Source: an uncultured virus (IMG/VR IMGVR_UViG_3300047678_000102) (Duplodnaviria; Heunggongvirae; Uroviricota; Caudoviricetes). Taken from it: a stretch of DNA of 64,000 nt. The notes under the pieces are model-generated. The model was not told where the DNA came from, ran no database searches, and saw only the letters and a program-made list of their open reading frames with translations. Positions 30,496-42,613 of this stretch are shown here, piece after piece. The position numbers and the translations under genes are program-made. Numbering within the stretch: position 1 is the first letter of the stretch; every line of letters begins with the position of its first letter. The DNA is taken from IMG/VR virus record IMGVR_UViG_3300047678_000102; one strand, 5' to 3'.

Positions 30496-33400
30496 ATGAA
30501 GATTTCGCGTATATTCACAACGGCTGGGCAATCTCCATATGCTTCTATTAAGTTCACCTCTCGTTCATCTAAAATAGTAAATCCAGATGGGTCCGTTGTT
30601 TTTGAGATGAAAGATATTCAGGCTCCAGAACACTGGTCTCAAGTGGCGGTGGATATTTTAGCTCAGAAGTATTTTAGAAAAGCTGGGGTGCCAAGGGTCC
30701 TGACTAGAGTAGTAGAACACTTGGTACCAGAATGGTTACAAAAGTCGGTACAAAGCATTGATTGTACACACACAGAATCAGAAACAGACGCAAAACAAGT
30801 TTTTCATAGAATGGCGGGATGTTGGACTTATTGGGGTTGGAAAGGAAATTATTTTGGAAGTCGTATGGGATTATATTATACCGAAGCAGAACGTAACGCT
30901 TCAGCTTTCTACGACGAAGTATGCTATATGCTTGCTATGCAAATGGCAGCACCTAATTCCCCTCAATGGTTCAACACTGGATTACACTGGGCTTATGGAA
31001 TTGATGGTCCAGCCCAAGGTCATTATTATGTAGACCCCTATTTATATGACACTGCTTCGATGGACGTTTCCGAACAATCTAGATTGGATTCGTGCACAAT
31101 AAAAAGCACTTCTGCTTACGAACGTCCACAACCACATGCTTGTTTTATACAAGGTATTAAAGACGACCTTGTAAATGACGGTGGTATCATGGACCTATGG
31201 GTCAAAGAAGCTAGAATCTTCAAATATGGTAGTGGTACAGGGACCAATTTCTCAAACCTTAGAGGAGAAGGGGAACCGCTATCAGGAGGCGGTAAATCTA
31301 GTGGGTTAATGAGTTGGTTGAAAATAGGAGATAGATCTGCAGGAGCAATCAAATCAGGAGGAACTACCCGCCGCGCTGCGAAGCTTGATTGTTTAGACTT
31401 AGACCATCCAGATATTGAACAATTTATCAATTGGAAAGTTGTAGAAGAGCAAAAAGTAGCAGAACTTGTCATTGGATCAAAATTACTTAAACATCATATT
31501 CAGAAAATATTTGATGCTATTAATTTACATTGTGCCTCAGCAGATATTGATTTTAGATGTGATGTTACTAAGAATTTTGCATTGAAAAAATCAGTAAAAG
31601 AAGCCAAGAAATCTTTAATTCCATCGAGTTATATCAATCGAGTCATTCAGTTATGTAGAATGGGATTCACTGATTTAGAAATCGAAGAATATGATACTGA
31701 TTGGAACTCAAAAGCATATCTTACGGTGTCAGGGCAAAATAGTAATAACTCAGTACGTGTTCCAAACGAGTTTATGGATCTGGTGGAAAAAAATGATTCT
31801 AAACAATGTGCAGAACATTGGTGCCCTTGGAATTTATACTGGAGAACAGAGAAGCAAAAATCGTTAAAAGAAGGTAGGAAACCAAAGCCGTGTAAAACCC
31901 TTGACGTAAGAGATCTATGGAACCAAATAGCTTCTGCAGCGTGGTCTTGTGCTGATCCAGGACTTCAATTCGATACCACTATAAATGAATGGCACACTTG
32001 CCCTGAAGGCGGTAGAATTGAAGCCGCAAACCCGTGCGCTGAATACAATTTCTTATCGGAAACCGCATGCAATCTAGCATCCCTAAACTTGATGAGATTC
32101 TATTCTTCAGAAACTGAAAAGTTTGATGTTGAGAAATTCAATCACGCAGTAAGAATCTGGACTCTAATCCTTGAAATCTCTGTCTACATGGCACAGTTTC
32201 CAAGTAAGGAGATTGCTCAGAAATCTTATGATTATAGAACATTAGGATTGGGATACGCCAATTTAGGTTCCTTGTTAATGGTGCAAGGGATCCCCTACGA
32301 TTCCGAAGAAGGTAGAGCTCAAGCTGGTGCTATTACTGCCATTATGCATTGTGGTGCATATGCTACTAGTGCTGAAATGGCTGGTGAATTAGGAGCATTC
32401 TCTAAGTATGAAGAAAATATAAAACATATGTCTAAAGTCATTCATAATCACGATAAAGCATTATACAATGCAATAGATGATTATGATAGCCTGTCAATAT
32501 TACCAGTTCCAGTTGATCCTAGATATTGCCCCCATTATTTATTAGAAGCTGCTAAAGACCGATCTACAAATATGATAATTTGGGGTAATACCCATGGTTA
32601 TCGTAATGCACAAGTTACGGTTATCGCTCCGACAGGATGTCTGATAGGTAACACTTTAGTTTCAACAGACAGGGGGTTAGTTCCTCTTAATACATTAGGA
32701 AACACAAATGGAAATCAATGGCAAGACGTTGACTTTAACGTTCTTACAGACATCGGAATTAAAAAAGCAACCAAGTTTTACATTAATGGAATTCAACAAA
32801 CCCGAATAATAAACACCGATAGTAGATATAGAATACAAGGGACATTACAACATAAAATAAAAGTAGTTAACCCATTATCTGGAGATTTACAGTGGAAATG
32901 CCTATCAGATGTTGTAGAAGGGGATATAGTCCCGTTGTCTATGAATAACATGGTAGGCGACCCAAAGAAAATAAAACTTCCAGATTTGGAAGAGATGTAT
33001 TGGAATAATAATTTTGATGTTAAAGTTCCAAGGGAAATGAATTCTGAGTTAGCTGAATTGTTAGGTTATTTTATGGGGGATGGTGCATACAAAAGTAAAG
33101 GTATTGGTTTTTGTGTAACCAAAGGTGATGATGACGTAATTGAAAGACTAAAATACTTGGGTAAAAGCTTATTCAATATAGAAGCTGGTACTGATGATAA
33201 TGGTGGGTATATCGGGGTTTATTACACATCTACTGGTCTTGCTAATTGGTGGGAATCGTGCGGGTTTAAAAAATTCTCTCCGTCTCCTACCCATAAGGGG
33301 AAAGGCTATACCCCGCATATTCCAAACGCTGTTTTGTATAGCAACGATCCTAAGTGCTATCAAAGTTTCTTAAAGGGATTATTTGAAGCAGATGGAACAG

Positions 33401-35298
33401 CTAGCGGAGGGTCTCTAGGATTTGGTACAGCGAGTGAGTATTTTAGAGATCAAGTAAAAGCTATGATGCTTACATTAGGGTTTCCAACCTCTTCAAGAGA
33501 GTGTATATCTGGGTGGGGCCAAGCTCCAATATATGGGGTTGGAATGAAAAGTAGAACGTATAACAAGAGATTTAAAGAAGAGATTGGGTTTATCAGTCAA
33601 AGGAAAAACGGCCAAATCTCAGAAAAAGAAGCATACCAACAACATAAAACAGATAGAGTATATTTGCCAAAATTATTAATTGATATGATTCATGAGTCTA
33701 AAATTTACCCCATTGCTGTGCAAAATTGTAAGAAAAGAGGGTATTTTTCAAGACAAGTATTGAATGAGATAAACAGTGTTCTTTTGAATAAAGATATAGA
33801 GCACTATTTGAATTTCTTTTATGATATTGTAAAATCTAATGAAGACGGTGGGGAACAACCCACATATGATTTATCTGTACCTGAAAATGTTACCTACATC
33901 GCTAACGGGTTTATAAGTCATAACACGATCGGCCTTATCATGGACTGCGATACTACAGGATGCGAGCCAGATTTTGCATTAGTTAAATTCAAGAAACTAG
34001 CTGGTGGTGGTTATTTCAATATCATCAATCAATGCGTACCTCAAGCATTAGTAAAACTAGGGTATACAGATAAAGAAATAGAAAAAATAACGAAATATGC
34101 GACCGGCCACCGAACTTTAACAGGATGTCCCCATAGAGGTATTTTAGAAGAGAACTACATAGATTTTGTAATACGAGACATAGAAAAGCAACTTCCAGGA
34201 GCTTTTCACATCTCATATGTTATTCCAGAAATGGACAAACATTTTACTAAAGAAGAAATAGATGAGATTAACACGTATGTTTGTGGCACTATGACTTTAG
34301 AAGGTGCACCCCATTTAAAAGAAGAACATTATCCTGTATTTGATTGCGCTAATAAATGTGGTAAGAACGGTAAGAGATTCCTTTCTGCTGAATCCCACAT
34401 TAGAATGATGGCAGCAGTACAGCCTTTCATATCAGGAGCTATTTCTAAAACCATCAATATGCCTAATGAGGCAACTATTCAAGATGTTAAGAACGCTTAC
34501 ATGCTAAGTTGGAAGTTAATGTTGAAAGCAATTGCTTTGTACAGAGACGGTTCAAAGTTAAGTCAACCTCTGAACACCATAATAGATGAAGTGGAAGAAA
34601 CACAAGAAGAGGAACCAAAGGAAAAGGTGATAGCAATGGCCGAAAAGGTTGTTCAACGATATATAGGAGAACGCAAACGACTTCCAGATCGTCGTAGTGG
34701 ATACACCCAAAAGGCTCACATTGGTGGTCATAAGTTATACCTACATACTGGAGAATACAAAGATGGCACACTAGGTGAAATCTTTGTAGATATGTCTAAA
34801 GACGGTGCCGCTTTTAGAAGCATGACTAACGCTTTCGCCATTGCCGTATCTATCGGACTTCAGTATGGTGTTCCTCTTGAAGAGTTTGTTGAAGCATTCA
34901 CCTTCACGAGATTTGAACCTAATGGTATTGTTCAAGGTAATGATCAAATTAAGATGGCCACTTCTATTGTTGATTACATCTTTAGGGAATTAGCCATTAC
35001 ATATCTTGATAGGCATGATTTAGGGCATGTTCAGGAAGAAGATCTACGAAGTGATGCTTTACATAAAGAGGAAGAAGTAGAACAAGATATTGTAGCCAAG
35101 GTGAATAAGAAAACAGAAGATGAATTAATCACCAAACAACAGTCTGTAAAAGTTAATGAAAGAAACAAACTATTGGAAATCGCACGTATTAGTGGATATG
35201 AAGGTGATCCGTGTAGAGAATGCGGTCAGTTAACAATGGTTAGAAATGGCGCTTGTTTGAAATGCACCACTTGTGGATCAACATCTGGATGTAGCTAA
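30496..35298 (+). CDS. nrdJ: Class II (B12-dependent) ribonucleotide reductase with intein and C-terminal TSCPD/Zn-ribbon domain
   Basis: [49 protein letters not shown]|intein|[17 protein letters not shown], terminal CRECG...CTTCG..SGCS. Confidence 0.95.
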   Translation: MKISRIFTTAGQSPYASIKFTSRSSKIVNPDGSVVFEMKDIQAPEHWSQVAVDILAQKYFRKAGVPRVLTRVVEHLVPEWLQKSVQSIDCTHTESETDAKQVFHRMAGCWTYWGWKGNYFGSRMGLYYTEAERNASAFYDEVCYMLAMQMAAPNSPQWFNTGLHWAYGIDGPAQGHYYVDPYLYDTASMDVSEQSRLDSCTIKSTSAYERPQPHACFIQGIKDDLVNDGGIMDLWVKEARIFKYGSGTGTNFSNLRGEGEPLSGGGKSSGLMSWLKIGDRSAGAIKSGGTTRRAAKLDCLDLDHPDIEQFINWKVVEEQKVAELVIGSKLLKHHIQKIFDAINLHCASADIDFRCDVTKNFALKKSVKEAKKSLIPSSYINRVIQLCRMGFTDLEIEEYDTDWNSKAYLTVSGQNSNNSVRVPNEFMDLVEKNDSKQCAEHWCPWNLYWRTEKQKSLKEGRKPKPCKTLDVRDLWNQIASAAWSCADPGLQFDTTINEWHTCPEGGRIEAANPCAEYNFLSETACNLASLNLMRFYSSETEKFDVEKFNHAVRIWTLILEISVYMAQFPSKEIAQKSYDYRTLGLGYANLGSLLMVQGIPYDSEEGRAQAGAITAIMHCGAYATSAEMAGELGAFSKYEENIKHMSKVIHNHDKALYNAIDDYDSLSILPVPVDPRYCPHYLLEAAKDRSTNMIIWGNTHGYRNAQVTVIAPTGCLIGNTLVSTDRGLVPLNTLGNTNGNQWQDVDFNVLTDIGIKKATKFYINGIQQTRIINTDSRYRIQGTLQHKIKVVNPLSGDLQWKCLSDVVEGDIVPLSMNNMVGDPKKIKLPDLEEMYWNNNFDVKVPREMNSELAELLGYFMGDGAYKSKGIGFCVTKGDDDVIERLKYLGKSLFNIEAGTDDNGGYIGVYYTSTGLANWWESCGFKKFSPSPTHKGKGYTPHIPNAVLYSNDPKCYQSFLKGLFEADGTASGGSLGFGTASEYFRDQVKAMMLTLGFPTSSRECISGWGQAPIYGVGMKSRTYNKRFKEEIGFISQRKNGQISEKEAYQQHKTDRVYLPKLLIDMIHESKIYPIAVQNCKKRGYFSRQVLNEINSVLLNKDIEHYLNFFYDIVKSNEDGGEQPTYDLSVPENVTYIANGFISHNTIGLIMDCDTTGCEPDFALVKFKKLAGGGYFNIINQCVPQALVKLGYTDKEIEKITKYATGHRTLTGCPHRGILEENYIDFVIRDIEKQLPGAFHISYVIPEMDKHFTKEEIDEINTYVCGTMTLEGAPHLKEEHYPVFDCANKCGKNGKRFLSAESHIRMMAAVQPFISGAISKTINMPNEATIQDVKNAYMLSWKLMLKAIALYRDGSKLSQPLNTIIDEVEETQEEEPKEKVIAMAEKVVQRYIGERKRLPDRRSGYTQKAHIGGHKLYLHTGEYKDGTLGEIFVDMSKDGAAFRSMTNAFAIAVSIGLQYGVPLEEFVEAFTFTRFEPNGIVQGNDQIKMATSIVDYIFRELAITYLDRHDLGHVQEEDLRSDALHKEEEVEQDIVAKVNKKTEDELITKQQSVKVNERNKLLEIARISGYEGDPCRECGQLTMVRNGACLKCTTCGSTSGCS
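32638..33924 (+). mobile_element. Intein (429 aa) with LAGLIDADG homing endonuclease
   Basis: Starts [15 protein letters not shown] and [10 protein letters not shown] motifs, ends TYDLSV...[10 protein letters not shown] followed by Thr. Confidence 0.92.
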
Positions 35299-35300
35299 TC

Positions 35301-36857
35301 ATGAAATATACACAATGTTTGTTAGTAAATGGATCAAATTCTACAGTGTCATGGATAGAAGCTTCGTTAGCAAAAGTGGGAAATAAGATAAGAGTAAGAA
35401 GTGAAGGTGCAATTTGGGATAGTTGGAAAGTAAAAGAAGTCTGGACTACGGTTGAAGAAGATCAAATAAGTGAGTGGAGAAAATCTGACTGGAGATCTTA
35501 ATGATACTAGCACCAACAACTAAGAAAGATATGTACGCAAGGTGGAAGAACTTAGAGTTTGGGAATCGGATACGTATGTTTAATACGTATCAAGATTTGG
35601 TTGATAGTGATTACAGAGGTTGTGTAAGTATAAGGAGTAAAGAAGGATCAAGTAGATTTTGTAAATACTTGATTCCTTATGATAAAGTCTCAGAATGTGT
35701 TGACTCTTTTGTTAAAGAGGGAGCAGATAGATCTCTTTTCACATTTAATGAATCCGCTCCAGATGATGAATTAATCTTTCAAGGGGAATTAGGCCATTCT
35801 GCTTCAGGAGGATATTGCCTATTTGGATCAACTCTTCCACTTCCAATGAGGATCGCATTAGACAAGAATGGAAAACAATGGTATGGATTAGAAGCTATTG
35901 GAAGAGTGAAGTATTACTGTAATGACAATAGCTACGAAATGATTAAAGGATTAATAGATCTTTACTTACACGAAGATGTGGTTATTGAATTCGGTTGTTA
36001 TTCTAAAAATCTTGGAGTTATGCTTGGACATAACACCATCATCTGGGAAGTTAGGAAATATTGATGAAATATTTTACACAGGAATTATTAGACCAATATC
36101 AAAATGAGGAAACCTGTGAGCAATCACACGTGCAATGGGAAAAGAATTCTAAAGAGTATAATAGATACTTGTATAGTATTTATAGAGATCTCACCCCAGA
36201 CATAATGTACATGGCAATGGTATTGTGCTTACATGATGCTAAAATACTATACATCATACAAAATGGAAAACACCAATACATTGTAACTGTTAAATTAGAA
36301 TCTCCATTCAATGATATTGTTAATCTAAAATTCACCCTTTTAGGAGATGTAATTACCAACAAGAACCTGAGGTCTGAAGATTGGTGGGCATATGAAGAAC
36401 TTGAAAAAGTAAACAAAGGCTCTTATATCTACAGTATCTTATTGTCTTCTGGTACTGAAATAACTATTCCTTTTTCTGATGTAGAAGTAACTGTTACGCA
36501 ACCTCAACCTTTCGGAGACTTAGAAAAACTATGAAGATTCACATTTCAGATAAGAGACCATACTACAGATTGTATTTTATGTCTAAGAAACCAACTATGA
36601 TAAGGGGTAATCTCTACCTATACGATATCGTATGTGATAATGAGCCAGATAAATTATTTGTAGAACAGGAATTACACGATAAGATACAAAACCTACTACC
36701 AGACGAAGGTGGTGGATGGTTAGTAGCACAAGATGGGGAACATGGTGGGTTAGATATTTCTAGAGGGTATGTAAATTGGAAATACCTTAACAGTCTTTCA
36801 GAAGACGAAAAGACAGATATGTTTGATGATTTGAAACACAACTTTAAAAGAAATTAA
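35301..36857 (+). other. Four hypothetical ORFs (35301-35501, 35501-36064, about 36064-36534, 36531-36857)
   Basis: Abutting co-oriented ORFs; the third has an MKYFT...LHDAKI pattern. Confidence 0.6.
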
Positions 36858-36859
36858 AT

Positions 36860-36890
36860 CAAAAGCCCTAGCACTACCTAAACCGTCAAA
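36860..36890 (+). promoter_or_regulatory. Phage promoter-like motif, copy 9
   Basis: caaaagccct agcactacctaaac cgtcaaa followed by AGGAGG RBS. Confidence 0.75.
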
Positions 36891-36905
36891 TTTTAGGAGG
36901 ATTAA

Positions 36906-37386
36906 ATGACAAATAAGTTTAGACTTGAAAAAACATCTAACGGATGTCCAGAAGAATACAGTGTTTATCTAAACGGTAAGTATGTAGGTTTTCTCTATCT
37001 TAGATATGGAACGTTTTCAGTTGGAAACGCAAAAGGATACACCATTCTTGAAACCAAGGTTATTGATGACGGTGTGTTTTCCCCAGAACAAAGAAAGTTT
37101 TATCTCAATTTGGGATGTATATCTTTGTTTCATTCGCTTGAAAACACACCAGATGATGATCTTTACGAAATAACAGATAGGACAGGATATCGTGAGCCAT
37201 AATTTCACCACCATCGATGCGTTAGAAGCTATTTATTGTTATGCAAATCTAAGTTCTAGTTTGACAAAACGTCCGATTTGGGAGATTTGGGATAGGATTC
37301 CCAATGCATGGAAAGAAAAGATAAAAGAACTGAAAGCGGAAGACACTTTCAAACTGCGTGAGGATTACGTTAAATCATGGATATGA
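36906..37386 (+). other. Two hypothetical ORFs (36906-37202, 37192-37386)
   Basis: Strong RBS after the promoter motif; overlapping ORFs. Confidence 0.6.
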
Positions 37387-37389
37387 GAG

Positions 37390-37803
37390 ATGTGGTACGA
37401 GTCTGTAGGGAAGTTGGAATATGGACCAGGTATCAGAGCAGTGGTTTGGGTGGATAATGGAATACCCATCTTATACAGAAAACTACTTCCTAAATATTAC
37501 TATGCTCAACCTCAAATGTATCCACCACACATAACTGTGGTAAGATTGAATTTAGAGAAAGTAACCAACTTAGAACTCTGGGAAAAATACCAAGGAGAAG
37601 AAATACCCTTTTCTTATGAGAATGAAATCAGGTTTGATCAGAGATATTTTTATCTGAATGTACAATCGGAAAGAATTGGGGATATACGGGAAGGATTAGG
37701 ATTAAAGAGATTTAGATTTGGAGATCTCGGAGCCGAAAAACAGTGCTACCACATTACAATCGCTAATGTAAAACATGAAGGTTCAAAGAAGAAAGATGTT
37801 TAA
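37390..37803 (+). CDS. 2H phosphoesterase (two HxT motifs)
   Basis: PPHITVV and YHITIA about 77 aa apart in a 137-aa ORF. Confidence 0.75.
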   Translation: MWYESVGKLEYGPGIRAVVWVDNGIPILYRKLLPKYYYAQPQMYPPHITVVRLNLEKVTNLELWEKYQGEEIPFSYENEIRFDQRYFYLNVQSERIGDIREGLGLKRFRFGDLGAEKQCYHITIANVKHEGSKKKDV

Positions 37804-38226
37804 GACATTCTTCATTTGTTTGTGGGCCGAACTAAACAACAACCTGCAAGAAGATAAAATACTGGTATTGGAATTGTATGATTCCATATGTGCGGAATGG
37901 GTTAAATTTAATAGTTGGTTTGATAAATGTGATGCATCAGACCCTAAATGGGCTGTGTTTATCACTATAATGATGATGATTATGTTATGTACATTTGCTC
38001 TATTAGGATCTAAACTATAATGCAAAACAACAAGAAGAAAGAAAACCTTCAGCCAGAAATTCTATTAGAGAAGCGTATCTATAGTGGAAATAAAGTGAAA
38101 ATTCCAGAGGGAGCTACATATTTTAAAGTGGATTTTGATTATAGTAACTGTTACTACGACAATGATATACCAGAAATGATAGTTACTTTTTACAAGAAGT
38201 AGGTTAAAATAGATGTCTCAATAAAT

Positions 38227-38294
38227 GGGGTTGGCTGCGGGCAGCAGCGGTCCTTTGCAAGGACTGCATCTGGGTTCGACTCCCAGCGATTCCA
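38227..38294 (+). tRNA. tRNA-Ala(TGC), atypical D-arm
   Basis: Acceptor GGGGTTG/CGATTCC with G3-U70; anticodon arm GGTCC-TTTGCAA-GGACT; T-arm CTGGG-TTCGACT-CCCAG. Confidence 0.7.
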
Positions 38295-38320
38295 TTTCCC
38301 CTAACTTATTGGAGTATAAC

Positions 38321-38533
38321 ATGTTACGATATTTTATATTTGTATTGTTTTTATGTGGGTGTACTTGTCAAACACCTGTTCCTACCCAACACGGTTGTTG
38401 TGGTAACCCCAAAGAAGTGGCAAAAGGATGTGTTCTGCCAAATTGTAAATCTGATGAATGTGAATGTGTTCCTGGCGAATGTGTTTGTATAGGAAAGAAA
38501 GCACCTTGTGCAAAAGGATGTCCTTGTAAGTAG
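38321..38533 (+). CDS. Small secreted or lipoprotein-like Cys-rich protein
   Basis: GGAG RBS; MLRYFIFVLFLCGC signal followed by a metallothionein-like Cys pattern. Confidence 0.6.
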   Translation: MLRYFIFVLFLCGCTCQTPVPTQHGCCGNPKEVAKGCVLPNCKSDECECVPGECVCIGKKAPCAKGCPCK

Positions 38534-38540
38534 TTTGTAC

Positions 38541-38615
38541 CGGGCAGTAGCGCAGTTTGGTTAGCGTACCTGGTTCGGAGCCAGGGGGTCGTGGGTTCGA
38601 GTCCCACCTGCCCGA
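38541..38615 (+). tRNA. tRNA-Pro(CGG)
   Basis: CGGGCAG/CTGCCCG acceptor; CCTGG-TTCGGAG-CCAGG; GTGGG-TTCGAGT-CCCAC. Confidence 0.95.
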
Positions 38616-38636
38616 CTTCATTTTAAAGAAGTACTT

Positions 38637-39144
38637 ATGTTTGCTCTTCTCAAAACATTTTGGACTTGGGTTACAACTCCATCACTAGAAGAAGTTGAAC
38701 GGCAACGTAAATTTGATCAGTATATGGAACGAGCTGAAACGTGTAATCACAATTACACGTTAGTAAACAGAGGGTGTGGATTTGATGGATATATTTGTAC
38801 CACATGCTTAGGAATATTTGAGATCCCTTGTCCAGAAGATTTTGATGAGAAATTTCATCTTCCTACAACTGGCATAAAATCATCATGGTTTAACCATGAT
38901 TTGCAGACAAATCCGTTCAAAAAGAATACTGATAGAATTGTAATTAATGAACAACATACGTTGCGAAGAATGTAATAAACACCTCATCCCACTGACAAAG
39001 TGGGATGATTGGTCTTTATTAGCACATTATTTTGATATGATGTTTAATGAAGACTACATTACACAAGCAACTTATGATAGAATGATGAATGCCCTAATGT
39101 CTTTTAAAGGATTTGCTCTACAAGAGGACGTTAAACATGAGTGA
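38637..39144 (+). other. Two hypothetical ORFs (38637-38975, 38947-39144)
   Basis: Co-oriented overlapping ORFs. Confidence 0.55.
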
Positions 39145-39437
39145 GCAAAGAGTTCACTACTTACACTACCTAAACGGAGGACCAGAAAATGGAAATCTTT
39201 TCCCTGCTCAAAGACGTTATTTTAAACTCTCTGTTGGATTCTATCTTTATTGCGATAATGTAATAGATAAAAATGCGATCCCATGCGATTCTAATGGTTC
39301 TGTAGATTTTATTGACGACCCATTAAAACTAGACAAATTTTTACGCATTGATATGCATTGATATGCAGTATATTGGAATAAAAATCAATTGTATTTGTTC
39401 AGATTGCGGTGCTTTAAGTAATGAATGTAAATGTTAA
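39137..39437 (+). pseudogene. Hypothetical gene truncated by a 10-bp tandem duplication
   Basis: gcattgatat twice at 39345-39364; removing one copy extends the frame to LRIDMQYIGIKINCICSDCGALSNECKC-stop, overlapping the tnpB ATG. Confidence 0.6.
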
Positions 39438-40663
39438 TTCAACGTTCTTACAAGACTGAACTTGATCCTAATAATAAACAGAAAACACTGTTTGTTAAAG
39501 CATGTGGAGTGCGTAGGTTTGTATGGAATTGGGGATTATCCCAAAGAATTGAAGTATACAAAACCACTGGTAAATCAGATGGCGACCAAGACTTACGTAA
39601 GTCTTTAGGGAAAATAAAAGATGAAAAATTCCCGTGGGTAAGAGAAGTCAATTCTACTGTACCTACCTCCGCTCTACGTGATCTGGATAACACTTATAAA
39701 TACTTCTTTCGCAGATGTAAAAATGGTGAAAAACCAGGATTTCCTAAGTTCAAAAGCAAAAAGAATGGATTAGGTAGTTTTAGATTGTATAAGATCTACA
39801 ACCACCATGTAAAACATAATAAAATCAAATTGCCAAATATTGGTTGGGTGAAATTAAAAGAAAAAGGATATCTACCAACTTTTGGTGTTAAGATTAATTC
39901 AGTAACTATCAAAGAAAAAGCTGGCAGATGGTATTGTTCTCTCAAAATAGAAGAAAATGTTAATACAGAACAAATCCAGGGTGCAATTGTAGCATACGAC
40001 TTAGGTCTAAACTGTTTTACTTATGGTAGTGACACCACCCAAGAATTCGCACCAAAACCATTAAAGAAATCACTACGTAAGTTACAGAAACTGTCTAAGC
40101 AACATTCAAGAAAGAAGAAAGGATCTAACAATAGAAAGAAACACACAAAGAAATTAGCCAAACTTCATCTGCATATTGCTAATCAACGTAAAGATTATTT
40201 AGATAAACTTACTACAACACTAGCGAAAACCAAGTCAGTGATTGTGGTAGAAGATCTTAATGTTGAAGGAATGAAGAGAAATCATTGTTTAGCAAGATCT
40301 CTATTAGATGTAAGTTTTGGTACATTCATCTCGATGCTTCAATACAAAACCAAATGGTATGGTTCTACATTATTCAAAGTTGATCAATGGTATCCCTCAT
40401 CCCAAATATGTTCTAATTGTGGTATGAGATGTAAAGAGAAAATGAAATTGAATGATAGAACATTTAATTGTGAGTTTTGTAATTTAACATTGGATAGAGA
40501 TTTTAATGCGTCTCTTAATCTTTTGAATTACTATATTGATGAGTTGAGATGTGGAGTTAATCCAAATACCGTGAGATCTACGGGAATTAACGCTTCTGGA
40601 GATGACAACATTGGTTGTCTCGATGAAGGAAGAACCAATCAATCACAAGAAATTGTGGTGTAA
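39431..40663 (+). mobile_element. tnpB: IS200/IS605-family TnpB RNA-guided endonuclease, no tnpA nearby
   Basis: N-terminal HTH (RFVWNWGL), GFPKFK, RuvC-I YDLG, RuvC-II VVEDL, Zn finger CSNC/CEFC, RuvC-III DRDFNA; 3' end ccgtgagatctacgggaattaacgcttctggag typical of the omega-RNA/right-end region. Confidence 0.92.
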
Positions 40664-40812
40664 GTATTGGAGATCGGGCATATTTATCGCGATATGTATC
40701 TAGTAATTCCTGAATTATACTTATACTTGTGGTTCCTATTCTGGAGTACATTCTTGTTTTATGTATTGTTATTAATGGACACAAATATTATTGATCCCCC
40801 GAAAGAGAAGTA

Positions 40813-41103
40813 ATGACTGCGTTAGAACTTAAACTAAAATATGATGTAGACCTAAAGAAAATCCAAGACGAATGTAAGCATTTTCATCTTATCTGGTGTG
40901 CAGAAGAATGGCGGGATGGTAAATACACAAATTTAGATATCCTTTGTTGTAAATATTGTTGGAGAATATTCCAAGATCGTCCATCTATAATCCTCCCTAA
41001 AGCAACTGAATTTGTAAGAATTCAGAATCGCAAGCTCCTAATAAACGATAATAATCCTGTAGAGAGCACAAATCCTACGGAACCTATTTATGGAGATGGT
41101 TGA
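40813..41103 (+). CDS. Hypothetical protein
   Basis: ORF with RBS. Confidence 0.55.
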   Translation: MTALELKLKYDVDLKKIQDECKHFHLIWCAEEWRDGKYTNLDILCCKYCWRIFQDRPSIILPKATEFVRIQNRKLLINDNNPVESTNPTEPIYGDG

Positions 41104-41105
41104 TT

Positions 41106-41478
41106 ATGTCAAGTAGAGATTTTTGTTTTTGGTTAATGGGATACTTTGAGATTCACAATGCTGGATTAGAAGATCGTAAAGACGTTTGCCACGGTCTTCC
41201 TAGTGAAAAAGTCAAAATGATTGAGAAACATCTTGCATTAGTGTTTAAACATGAGATTGACCCTTCTTATGGTGATGAAAAACATCAAAAAAGTATTGAA
41301 TAAAATACATTCTGGTACAGAGAAGTGCATGTGTGCGGAAATGGGAGAGGGTTGTAACGATGGATGTCCTTGTGCCTATCCTGGTATGAAAGGTATCTGT
41401 GATTTGTGTAATCCACAACTCAAAAAGAAAGGTACAAACACTGGGCCGAAGTCTGGTCCAGATCTAATCAGATGTTAG
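41106..41478 (+). pseudogene. Hypothetical phage gene split by a frameshift in an A6 run at about 41287-41292
   Basis: MSSRDFCFWLMGYFEI...HEIDPSYGDEKHQK continues as VLNKIHSG in the +1 frame. Confidence 0.5.
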
Positions 41479-41541
41479 AACATTATGTACACAATGGTTT
41501 ATATACACGAAAGTCTATTCACCGAATGGTATAAATGATCT

Positions 41542-42441
41542 ATGGCGATAGAAAAGATTGTATATCATCACTTTCAAAAACATATTGACTACACATTAGA
41601 ATTGGACCCTGAGGTTACTTATATTTGCGGTGCTTCCAGAGCTGGTAAAAGTAGTGCTTTACGTGGGTTACGTTGGACGATGTTGAATCAACAACCTCGT
41701 AAAGTCAATTATGCTACTAGAGGTCAAGATAACTGTGAAACCATCTTATATTTTGATGGTGGTAATGAATTAACAAGAAAGAAAAGTAAATCTGAAAACT
41801 ACTATGAACTGAATGGACAAAAGTATGAAGTCCCAGGCCAAAACAAAACACCAGAAGTAGTAAAAAATGCATTGAATGTAGGGGAATTAAACTTCCAAAA
41901 ACAGATAGACTTACCATTCTGGTTTGATCTAACTCCGGGTCAAGTAAGTAAAGAACTGAATAGTATCATCAAGTTAGATGTCATTGATTCCTCATTAAGT
42001 AAAATAGGTTCGGTTGTTCGTAGTACCAAAGCAGAAGCTAATGTATGTAAAAAACGATTATCAGATGCTAAAAAGAGAAAGAAAGAACTTGATTGGGTTC
42101 TAGATCTTAATGAAGACCTAATCGAACTTGAGAACATGCAAAAAGAGTTAATAGATCTTCAGAATAAATCGTCTAGGATTAAGAAGTTTTTAGAAAACGG
42201 GACAAACTCTAAGGTTAAACTTAAACATCTGTCAGAGAGTCTGGTAGCGTCTGCAAACGTCGTCGCAAACTTCCCTATCGAGTTAGTGAAGGAAAAACTT
42301 AAGATAGAGAAATGTTTAAAAGGATTACAACAAGCAAAACAGAAGTTAGCCGAAGCTAAGATAGCAGAAGCCAAGGCCAAGAAAGAATTAGATGAAAAAA
42401 CAGGTGGGATGTGTCCCATCTGTGGTAAGGAGATAAAATGA
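41542..42441 (+). CDS. Rad50/SbcC-like ATPase, N-terminal half (Walker A, coiled coil, zinc hook)
   Basis: FQKH, GASRAGKSSALR, Q-loop region NFQKQID, ends CPICG. Confidence 0.85.
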   Translation: MAIEKIVYHHFQKHIDYTLELDPEVTYICGASRAGKSSALRGLRWTMLNQQPRKVNYATRGQDNCETILYFDGGNELTRKKSKSENYYELNGQKYEVPGQNKTPEVVKNALNVGELNFQKQIDLPFWFDLTPGQVSKELNSIIKLDVIDSSLSKIGSVVRSTKAEANVCKKRLSDAKKRKKELDWVLDLNEDLIELENMQKELIDLQNKSSRIKKFLENGTNSKVKLKHLSESLVASANVVANFPIELVKEKLKIEKCLKGLQQAKQKLAEAKIAEAKAKKELDEKTGGMCPICGKEIK

Positions 42442-42613
42442 CGTTTCAAGATCTTATACCTGGAGATCATTTTATTTTCAAAGGTGAAGACAACGCTGAT
42501 ATTCTTCAAGTAGAAGGTAAATTTGATGATCAATCTGGATTTGCTTTTAATACAAATACCAGAGAGTCTATAGATGTAATATCTATAGCACCAGTAATCA
42601 AGTTAAACGGTAG

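Noticed and set aside
38227..38294. tRNA-Cys(GCA) reading of the anticodon
   Set aside because: The 7-nt loop TTTGCAA centres on TGC, and G3-U70 with discriminator A indicates Ala.
38225..38621. Track ORFs overlapping tRNA-Ala and tRNA-Pro (likewise 44574-44858 and the 5' part of 44684-45130)
   Set aside because: These are translations of tRNA sequence, such as RWDSNPRPPGSEPG; starts were reassigned.
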